Source: Candidatus Aenigmatarchaeota archaeon
GTDB lineage: Archaea; Aenigmatarchaeota; Aenigmatarchaeia; GW2011-AR5
NCBI GenBank assembly: GCA_016187335.1
Contig: JACPJW010000001.1
Location: 832,001 to 896,000 of the forward strand
DNA length: 64,000 bases
Direction of reading: 5' to 3'
The notes below the pieces were generated by a model. The model did not search any database, was not told where the DNA came from, and saw only the letters and a program-made list of their open reading frames with translations. Shown here piece after piece: positions 57,238 to 64,000 of the stretch (the first letter of the stretch is position 1; the number at the start of each line of letters is the position of its first letter). The translations under genes and the position numbers were made by a program.

Positions 57238-57735
57238 ATGTTAAGCAACATTTCATTGAGCAGGAAAAACATCGGCGCGATAATCATAGTCATATCGCTT
57301 TTCATCTTCGTGCTTTCATACCTCTACATGGACACCGTGAAAAAGCTGGATGCGCAGCTCCACAAGGACTGCGACCTGCCTGACGAGATATGCCCGTTCA
57401 AGAAGAACATACCGCCCGAAGCTGCGGCGGGCTTCGCCGTTTCAGCCGTTACAGGCTTGTTCGGCGCTTTCGTTTATTTTTCCTCTCCCAAAAACGAAAA
57501 GGAAGTCGCGGAAAAATTAAGCAGGAGCAAAGAAATTCTCTCAAGGCTTGACATCGACGAAAAGAAAATCTACGGCATGATAGCAGAAAGCGGCTCAGTG
57601 TTCCAGAGCGAGCTTGTTGAGAAGAGCGGCATGAGCAAGGTGAAGATAACGCGATTATTGGATAGATTAGAGTCAAAAGGCGTCGTGGAAAGGAAGAGAA
57701 GGGGCATGACGAACATAGTCATGGTGAAGCAGTAA
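57238..57735 (+). CDS. 2-TM protein with HxxCxxxxxxCP loop and C-terminal wHTH
   Basis: LHKDCDLPDEICPF; QSELVEKSGMSKVKITRLLDRLESKG. Confidence 0.85.
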   Translation: MLSNISLSRKNIGAIIIVISLFIFVLSYLYMDTVKKLDAQLHKDCDLPDEICPFKKNIPPEAAAGFAVSAVTGLFGAFVYFSSPKNEKEVAEKLSRSKEILSRLDIDEKKIYGMIAESGSVFQSELVEKSGMSKVKITRLLDRLESKGVVERKRRGMTNIVMVKQ

Positions 57736-57859
57736 AACGAAGAATTTCTCTTTCATCTAATTCTATTTTAATTGCAGAACAAAATGGAAGTTCAAATAGC
57801 TCGGTAAGTTGCCAGAACCAAGCATTACCATCAACTTTATTATGCCGATATTCACATAA

Positions 57860-59170
57860 ATGATTATCATGAAAAACAAAAAAGGCCATTACAAGCTGAA
57901 GCGCTCGCTGGGATTGCTTGAGTTGTCTTTGTACGGCATCGGGATAATCCTCGGCGCCGGGATTTACGCCCTGATAGGCGTTGGCGCAGGGATTGCCGGA
58001 AATGCGTTGTGGATTTCCTTTGTCGTAGCGGCGATGATAGCGGCTTTTACGGGGCTGAGCTACGCGGAACTGTCTTCTATATATCCTAAGGAAGCCGCGG
58101 AATACAATTACACGAAAAATGCGTTCAATAGAAAATACCTGTCGTTCAGCGTAGGCTGGCTCATGGTCGTCGCAAGCGTCGTCGCGGCTGTTACCGTGGC
58201 TTTCGGCTTCGCAGGTTATTTCACGCACATGTTCGGCGGCAACGTAACAATTGTCGCTGCCGCTCTGGTCCTGGTTCTTTCGGCCATAAATTACATCGGG
58301 ATAAAGGAGTCATCCGCCTTTAACATAGTTTCCACTATTATTGAAAGCGCAGGCCTGCTGATTGTGATTTTTGTAGGGCTGCTCTTTTTCGGCTCAAACG
58401 GAGTCAGTGTCGACCTGTTCGAGACCCCGGGCAGTGCGGGCATTCCTGCAATCCTTTCCGCGACGGCGCTGATATTCTTCGCTTACCTGGGCTTCGAGGA
58501 CATTGTCAACGTTTCCGAAGAGACGAAAAACGCAAAAAAGATTGTCCCGAAAGCGCTTTTGATAGCGATAGTCGTGTCCACGGTGCTTTACATTCTGGTG
58601 GCCCTCTCCGCCGTGAATATCTTGGGATGGGAAAGGCTTGCCGCGAGCAAGGCGCCGCTCACGGAGGCGGTTTCTTCGGTAATTCCTAACAGCGATTTCA
58701 TGTTTTCGCTCATTGCGCTTTTTGCAACGGCGAACACGGCGCTGATACTGCTCATTGTCGGCTCGCGCATACTTTACGGCATGTCTTCGGACCGCTCCAT
58801 GCCCGAAATGTTCTCCGTCATAGGCAAGAGGGGAACGCCTTATTTCTCCGTCGCGGCTGTCGCGCTTGCCTCGATGGCTGTAACCTCTGTCGGAAACATC
58901 AAGGCTGTTGCGTCGATAACCGACATCACGCTGTTCATCATCTATTTCGCCGTCAACGCGTCGCTGATTGCGCTGCGATATAAACAGCCCAATGCGAAAA
59001 GAACTTTCAGGACTCCCCTGAACATCGGAAAATTCCCGGTCCTCGCTTTCCTCGGCCTGCTTTCCTCGCTCTTCATGCTGTTTTATTTTGAGAAGGACCT
59101 CATCGTCATCGAAATCGCCCTCATCCTTGCGGGCTTCGTTCTTTACAAGGCTTTCGGCAAGAAACAGTGA
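57860..59170 (+). CDS. APC family amino acid permease
   Basis: GIILGAGIY, YAELSS, FAYLGFEDI, SRILYGMS. Confidence 0.93.
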   Translation: MIIMKNKKGHYKLKRSLGLLELSLYGIGIILGAGIYALIGVGAGIAGNALWISFVVAAMIAAFTGLSYAELSSIYPKEAAEYNYTKNAFNRKYLSFSVGWLMVVASVVAAVTVAFGFAGYFTHMFGGNVTIVAAALVLVLSAINYIGIKESSAFNIVSTIIESAGLLIVIFVGLLFFGSNGVSVDLFETPGSAGIPAILSATALIFFAYLGFEDIVNVSEETKNAKKIVPKALLIAIVVSTVLYILVALSAVNILGWERLAASKAPLTEAVSSVIPNSDFMFSLIALFATANTALILLIVGSRILYGMSSDRSMPEMFSVIGKRGTPYFSVAAVALASMAVTSVGNIKAVASITDITLFIIYFAVNASLIALRYKQPNAKRTFRTPLNIGKFPVLAFLGLLSSLFMLFYFEKDLIVIEIALILAGFVLYKAFGKKQ

Positions 59171-59191
59171 AACTTTTTCCAGAAATTCCTC
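59169..59191 (+). repeat. Degenerate copy of REP-like element
   Basis: GAAACTTTTTCCAGAAATTCCTC overlapping permease stop codon. Confidence 0.4.
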
Positions 59192-59347
59192 AGAATCTGA
59201 GCTTGTTCACGACGCCGTCCAGTGCCTTGGCAAATTTCTTGTGCAAAATAATTTCAGAAACCTCGTTGGCGAAGTCGCCGAATCTGTGCTTTCTGACCTT
59301 GTTTTTCACGAATCCTATTGGCATGAAAGTGATTTCTTCCGTAGCGT

Positions 59348-59782
59348 TCACCCCGCGCCGCTGATTTTCTTTCGGGGCATCAGGTAGAGTGAAACAAGCC
59401 TGTCAGCAAGCTTGTCCTCGTATTTCATCAGGTCTGTTGCAGTTACCATGCCTATGCACCTGTTGTCCTTGCATACTGGCAGCCGCTTGATGTTGTGCTT
59501 CAGCATAAGTCTTGCAGCTTCTTCCAGCGTCGTTTCCGGCGTTATCGTGATGACTTTTTTTGTCATTATGTTTTTTATCAGCGTGTCCGGGCTTTTCCCT
59601 GCTGCAAACGCCTTTAAAATATCCCGCTCCGTGATGATGCCGCTCAGCTCAAAGCTGTCAACAACAATCAGGGAGCCGATGCCGTACTTGCTCATGACCT
59701 CGGCGGCAAACCTTATTGTTTCGCCTGGCTCGATTATTTTCAGCTTCGTGCTCATGATTTCCTTGACTTTCATCGGTTTCAA
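59348..59782 (-). CDS. CBS-pair protein
   Basis: GSLIVVD..GIITERD; RLPV..GMVTATD. Confidence 0.93.
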   Translation of the reverse strand: MKPMKVKEIMSTKLKIIEPGETIRFAAEVMSKYGIGSLIVVDSFELSGIITERDILKAFAAGKSPDTLIKNIMTKKVITITPETTLEEAARLMLKHNIKRLPVCKDNRCIGMVTATDLMKYEDKLADRLVSLYLMPRKKISGAG

Positions 59783-59831
59783 TTCCTCCGCTGATGACTT
59801 AACATTATAGTTCCTTGCTTATAAATAGCTA

Positions 59832-59847
59832 GATGAAACTAGTTTCA
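59832..59847 (-). repeat. Loop-less copy of REP-like element
   Basis: Minus strand TGAAACT-AGTTTCATC. Confidence 0.45.
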
Positions 59848-59885
59848 CCTTATCCGATATATGGTGTTTCATTTATTCTAAATGC

Positions 59886-60620
59886 ATGAACGAAAAGGAA
59901 AACGGCAACAAAGAAAAGCGCGGGGAAGTCGTAAACCTGAGCATCCCGCTGGAAACAATAACCATCGTCCTGGCAGTTGCCCTGGTCATCGTGGTTGTCT
60001 ACAACCAGCTGGCAATCAACGAGCTCGGCTACCTTGCGGCTGCGGTCGGCGCGTCGCCGGAAAACCAGAACGCCGCTCAAAGCGCTGTATTAAGCAGCAT
60101 TGACGTGACTCCGAAAGGCGTTCCGGCGGTGTACGGAGCGGAACTCGGAATAAGCTACGATGACGTGAGCGCAGGCAATCCCCAGAAAGCCGATGCAACG
60201 ATACAAAAATTAGCGGCATATGACACAAGCATAGAGCTTGATGCGCAGCAGCTTGAGCGGTACGTGAAAATTGCAGGCCAGATATCCTGCGAGTACTGCT
60301 GCGGGGCCGACTCAATTATCTTCACGAAGGATTCAGGACAGTACAAGAAGGGCGACGCGGCATGCGGCTGCGCGCACAGCTACGCGATGAGGGGCTTGGC
60401 GAAATACCTGATAACGCAGCACGGTGACGAATTCACGGACGACCAGATACTCGAGGAACTGGGCAAGTGGAAGACGCTGTTCTTCCCTGACATCCTGGCA
60501 CAGAAAGCTGCAGTGCTCCAGGATAAAGGAATAGAGCTTAACTACGTGAACCTTGCCTCCAACAAGTACAGGAACATAGAAGCGGGAACTGACGGAGGCG
60601 GAATGGTAGGAGGTTGCTGA
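59886..60620 (+). CDS. Single-TM Cys-rich protein ending in MVGGC
   Basis: CEYCC, CGCAHS, terminal GGGMVGGC. Confidence 0.85.
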   Translation: MNEKENGNKEKRGEVVNLSIPLETITIVLAVALVIVVVYNQLAINELGYLAAAVGASPENQNAAQSAVLSSIDVTPKGVPAVYGAELGISYDDVSAGNPQKADATIQKLAAYDTSIELDAQQLERYVKIAGQISCEYCCGADSIIFTKDSGQYKKGDAACGCAHSYAMRGLAKYLITQHGDEFTDDQILEELGKWKTLFFPDILAQKAAVLQDKGIELNYVNLASNKYRNIEAGTDGGGMVGGC

Positions 60621-60624
60621 ATTT

Positions 60625-60658
60625 GAAACTTTGCTTCTCCAAAGTTTCATCAAAAGAG
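60625..60658 (+). repeat. REP-like hairpin element
   Basis: GAAACTTTG-CTTCTC-CAAAGTTTC-ATCAAAAGAG. Confidence 0.75.
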
Positions 60659-60673
60659 ACTAGTGGTGAATAA

Positions 60674-60865
60674 ATGAACGTAAATATCTTGTTTGCAGTA
60701 TTCATGGCTGTCCTGCTTGTGCTGTCCGTGTTCCAGACGATGCAGATAACAAGCATAAAGAGCGAGCTGAAAACAAAAATATCTGCCTCGCCGTCTGCCG
60801 CATCAAGCAGTCAAAGCCAGGGAAGCACGGGCTCCAGCAGCTCCGGAATGGTCGGTGGGTGCTGA
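60674..60865 (+). CDS. Small TM + Ser-rich linker protein ending in MVGGC
   Basis: 63 aa; terminal SSGMVGGC. Confidence 0.8.
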   Translation: MNVNILFAVFMAVLLVLSVFQTMQITSIKSELKTKISASPSAASSSQSQGSTGSSSSGMVGGC

Positions 60866-61377
60866 TGATAGCCTTCTTTGCTTTTTTTATTATTTTTTTG
60901 CTTTCGCTGGCGCAGAAATCTTTCGCCCACTGCCCGCTGTGCGTGGCTGCAACGGGCTCTGTGGTGGCTGCATCAAGGGTAATGGGAGTTGACGATGCCA
61001 TAACCGGAACGTTCGCGGGAGCTTTCATAATATCGACAGCATTGTGGACGGACAAAATGCTTTCAAAAAGAAAAGTCCATCTGCCTTTGCAGCCATACCT
61101 GCTGTCGGCGCTATTCATTACAATGACATTCGCAGGGTTTTACCTTTTCGGATTCGTCGGGACCGAGCCGGGATTCCTTAGCATAATGGGGATCGAGAGG
61201 CTCTCTTTTGGCATCATTGCCGGAAGCTTAATAGTCCTGATTTCGTATGAAGCTCACAACTTTTTGAGAAAATCGAACAGCGGCAGGAATCACATACCTT
61301 TCCAGGGAATTCTTGTGCCGATAATTGCTCTGGTCATTTTTGACGTGCTGATGTACGTAGCAGGTGTGTTCGGATGA
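60865..61377 (+). CDS. Membrane protein with signal peptide followed by HCPLC
   Basis: SFA/HCPLC then about 4 TMs; overlaps upstream stop. Confidence 0.8.
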   Translation: MIAFFAFFIIFLLSLAQKSFAHCPLCVAATGSVVAASRVMGVDDAITGTFAGAFIISTALWTDKMLSKRKVHLPLQPYLLSALFITMTFAGFYLFGFVGTEPGFLSIMGIERLSFGIIAGSLIVLISYEAHNFLRKSNSGRNHIPFQGILVPIIALVIFDVLMYVAGVFG

Positions 61378-61799
61378 AGCCGCAGAAAAATAATAAGGGA
61401 AATGAGGTTAGAAGGAGAAAAACCGTAGGTTTTTCCTCCTCTAAAGGCGATGTAACGAAGGCGCAGGACCTCGCGCTCGCAGTCACGAACCTGATAAGCC
61501 TTGAGGAGCACCTTGCCTTCACGGCAATGAAGACAGGAAACAGCGACTTTCACGAGATGGCTAAAGCAGTGAGAAAGATAAGAATCATGTGCCTGCGCAA
61601 CCTGATAGGCGAGCCTGCGGGCGAGTTATGGTGCTCGTCAAAGCACGCGCTGTCGGCCATGATGCGTTTGTTTGAGGTCGCGAGCAAGGAAGAAGGCAAA
61701 AAATGCGAGGAATACATGAAAGCTGCGTTCGATCTGTACCAGCTGTTCTGGCTTTTCAAGGAGATAGGAAATGATGGAACTAAAACTAAAAAGGCTTAA
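61374..61799 (+). CDS. Helical hypothetical protein with His/Cys motifs
   Basis: NLISLEEH, LWCSSKH; ATGA overlap. Confidence 0.8.
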   Translation: MKPQKNNKGNEVRRRKTVGFSSSKGDVTKAQDLALAVTNLISLEEHLAFTAMKTGNSDFHEMAKAVRKIRIMCLRNLIGEPAGELWCSSKHALSAMMRLFEVASKEEGKKCEEYMKAAFDLYQLFWLFKEIGNDGTKTKKA

Positions 61800-61868
61800 A
61801 GCAAAATTAAGCAAAGCGGTAAAAAACGCGCTGCAGTGCTGCTACGAGGAGTGAACAAACTTTTCAAA

Positions 61869-62267
61869 ATGGTGATAAAATTCATGAAGAAGATATACCT
61901 TGCACTTGCTGTATTTCTGGTCGCCGCGCTTGTCGCAGGAGTTGTCATAGCATTTCCCAATAAAAATGCGGTTCCGGCGTATGCAACAAGGCATCCCCTG
62001 ATAAAGGAAGCCTACATGTTTTCAGTGGACAGCCCCGAAGCACTTGACGGCGTGAACTGCTACTGCGGCTGCATGCACCACCCTCATGACGGGCGCATTC
62101 ATGCCCGCGGGCTGCTTGACTGCTTCAGGACAGCAGACGGCGGCTTTGACCGGCACGCGAGTGAGTGCGACATGTGCATCAAGGATGCACTAGAGGTCAA
62201 GCAGATGACCCAGCAGGGAAAATCACGCGATGAAATAAGAAGCTACATAGACGGAAAATACGCCTGA
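61869..62267 (+). CDS. PCYCGC-motif protein
   Basis: NCYCGCMHH, LLDCF, HASECDMC; N-terminal anchor. Confidence 0.85.
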   Translation: MVIKFMKKIYLALAVFLVAALVAGVVIAFPNKNAVPAYATRHPLIKEAYMFSVDSPEALDGVNCYCGCMHHPHDGRIHARGLLDCFRTADGGFDRHASECDMCIKDALEVKQMTQQGKSRDEIRSYIDGKYA

Positions 62268-62269
62268 AA

Positions 62270-62346
62270 GAAACTTTTCCAAAAAGTTTCATCATTTGCG
62301 AAGAAACAAAGTTTCTTCGAAATCCCGAAGAACTTCGCTCTTCGAG
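62270..62346 (+). repeat. REP-like hairpin plus two further hairpins
   Basis: GAAACTTTT-CCA-AAAAGTTTCATC; CGAAGAAAC-AAA-GTTTCTTCG; CGAAGA..TCTTCG. Confidence 0.65.
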
Positions 62347-62417
62347 GAAAATGGTAGACCTTCTTAGAGGTCTTCAATCAAAAATAAGAATCCAAGGTTT
62401 GCTTTCCATCTTGATAG

Positions 62418-62885
62418 ATGATTGTTATGAAAAAAACGGGGAAAAAGAACGGCAAAAGTATCTTTGGTTGGCTGGGTTCAGCTTCAGGAAGCGGCGCGAT
62501 AGCGGGCGCCCACAACGTATGCCATGCCCTGTGCCAGGGCTTGGTTCTTTTCTTGGCGCTGTTCGGGATAGCCGTCTCGTCAACCGCCCTCATGTTTCTG
62601 GAGGACTACGCGGTGTATTTCTGGTCAATGGGACTGTTTTTCCTTTTAATCTCGGCGTATTTTTTTGCTGTCAGGAAACAGGGCTCGCAAAAGCTGCTGC
62701 TCGCGAACTCGGGAATACTTTTGGCAGGAATACCTTTCAGGCAGTTCGAGGCATTTTCGGCGGCTTTTCTTGCCGCGGGCGGGGCGATGATAGCTTTCAG
62801 TGTTTTCCTTTATTTGAACGAAAGAAATTTTCTTGTATTTGGAAATAGGAACAATGGAGGGCGTAAGAATGGCAAAAGTGGCTAA
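62418..62885 (+). CDS. Membrane protein with HxxCHxxC motif
   Basis: AHNVCHALCQ followed by about 4 TMs. Confidence 0.75.
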   Translation: MIVMKKTGKKNGKSIFGWLGSASGSGAIAGAHNVCHALCQGLVLFLALFGIAVSSTALMFLEDYAVYFWSMGLFFLLISAYFFAVRKQGSQKLLLANSGILLAGIPFRQFEAFSAAFLAAGGAMIAFSVFLYLNERNFLVFGNRNNGGRKNGKSG

Positions 62886-63111
62886 GGAAAAAATATTCAC
62901 GTATGTATTGGCAGGAGCGATAGCAGTGCTCGTCGCAGTTCTTTTATGGTCGCTGCTCCAGCCGGCGCCTGATTACTACGGCGCCAGCTATGAGCGCGCG
63001 AAGCAGAGCAAGCTGTCAGACAAATGCGCGACGCCGTCTGGCTACACCGATGCGCAGTGGCGCGAGCATATGGGCCACCACCCGGACCAGTACGCGGAAT
63101 GCTTTAAGTAA
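62869..63111 (+). CDS. Single-TM protein with Cys/His/Met C-terminal motif
   Basis: CATPSGYTDAQWREHMGHHPDQYAECF. Confidence 0.8.
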   Translation: MAKVAKEKIFTYVLAGAIAVLVAVLLWSLLQPAPDYYGASYERAKQSKLSDKCATPSGYTDAQWREHMGHHPDQYAECFK

Positions 63112-63146
63112 ATTTTTGAATAATTTGAACTGCGGAAAGGATAGGA

Positions 63147-63764
63147 ATGAAAATGAAAAAAGCCGCATATATTGCCGCAGGGCTTATTCTTGTTGCTATA
63201 ATCTACCTTGCATTCTTCACCAAGCCTTCCTATGAGCCGGGAGAGATGGAAGAGCACATCAGGGGAAACCACAACGCTCCCATTGTCATCGTGGAGTTCA
63301 GCGACTTCCAGTGCCCTTACTGCAGGGCCGTGCAGCCGGCGCTCAACCAGCTGCTAACGGAATACCCCGATGATGTCAAGCTGATTTACCGGCATTTCCC
63401 GCTGCCTTCGCACCAGTACGCCATGAAAGCCGCGGAAGCCTCGGAATGCGCAGCCAACCAGGGAAAGTTCTGGGAATATCACGACATGCTTTTCCAGAAT
63501 CAGGAGCGGCTTGACGTAAATTCGCTGAAAAGTTACGCAAAGCAACTTGGATTAAACACGACCTCTTTCAATGCGTGCCTTGACAGCGGAGCAATGCAGC
63601 AACGCATAGAAATAATCGTAAAGAACGGCGCGGAGAAAGGCGTTACAGGGACGCCGACATTCCTGATAAACGACAAAATGCTGTCAGGCAACCAGCCCTA
63701 CAGCGTGTTCAAAACATCTGTGGACGAAGAGCTGAAAAAATTAAATGAAACCCGGCGAGTCTAA
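63147..63764 (+). CDS. DsbA family thiol-disulfide oxidoreductase
   Basis: EFSDFQCPYC, YRHFPL, GVTGTPTF; N-terminal anchor. Confidence 0.95.
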   Translation: MKMKKAAYIAAGLILVAIIYLAFFTKPSYEPGEMEEHIRGNHNAPIVIVEFSDFQCPYCRAVQPALNQLLTEYPDDVKLIYRHFPLPSHQYAMKAAEASECAANQGKFWEYHDMLFQNQERLDVNSLKSYAKQLGLNTTSFNACLDSGAMQQRIEIIVKNGAEKGVTGTPTFLINDKMLSGNQPYSVFKTSVDEELKKLNETRRV

Positions 63765-64000
63765 TGATTTGCATCGCGGCTTTGATAGTCCTCGGCATTC
63801 TCGGCATTTTTTCCGCATATCATCGGAAGCTCGCCAGAGAAGCCTTTGACTGCGTGCTGAACAGGATAAAGCTGCGCGAGTGCGAGGCGGGCTTTGACCG
63901 CAGGATGAAGATGGCTGTTTTCAATAAGCTTTCATGGTCGCCGCGCCTTGCACGGCTCTGGTATGACCACTTTGAGCTTGTTTCGTGGGCTTTCGTGATT
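63764..64000 (+). CDS. Cys-containing membrane protein, truncated by window end
   Basis: MICIAALIVLGILGIFS..AFDCV..LREC; start overlaps dsbA stop. Confidence 0.75.
   Translation, partial: MICIAALIVLGILGIFSAYHRKLAREAFDCVLNRIKLRECEAGFDRRMKMAVFNKLSWSPRLARLWYDHFELVSWAFVI

Noticed and set aside
62351-62848. 165-aa ORF overlapping 62418-62885
   Set aside because: Alternative frame without motif; the HNVCHALC membrane ORF fits the operon better
1-64000. CRISPR array, tRNA, rRNA, transposase or integrase
   Set aside because: No regularly spaced repeats, no canonical T-loop cloverleaf and no transposase or recombinase motifs found by eye

Overview
Archaeal genomic window with DPANN-like gene content; the lineage cannot be fixed from sequence alone. 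The core is the conserved archaeal information-processing neighbourhood (cysS, rnp4, rps19e, PDCD5-like, rpl39e, rpl31e, eIF6, pfdA, ftsY, srp54, psmA, sdo1, rrp4/41/42, dph2, rpoL, sec11, tfs), repeatedly interrupted by visibly AT-richer orphan genes and by a purC-purB-purF block. Accessory parts: (i) a left-end cluster of predicted surface/secreted proteins and hydrolases; (ii) an iron/Fe-S module (Mrp, PadR, sufC-x-sufB-sufD-sufS-methyltransferase-sufU, FTR1, Rieske, ferredoxin); (iii) a ~12 kb right-end copper/thiol island with a PadR-TRASH regulator, CopA, a two-domain multicopper oxidase, DsbA, a PCYCGC protein and about ten uncharacterised Cys/His/Met-motif membrane proteins, two ending in an identical MVGGC tail. 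This island is the best candidate for an undescribed system. I also found several small genes missing from the ORF track, three families of dispersed intergenic repeats (one a covarying REP-like hairpin), IS200/IS605-like hairpins and a candidate structured RNA. No tRNA, rRNA, CRISPR array, transposase or integrase was seen. All family assignments come from motifs recognised by eye; no database searches were run.
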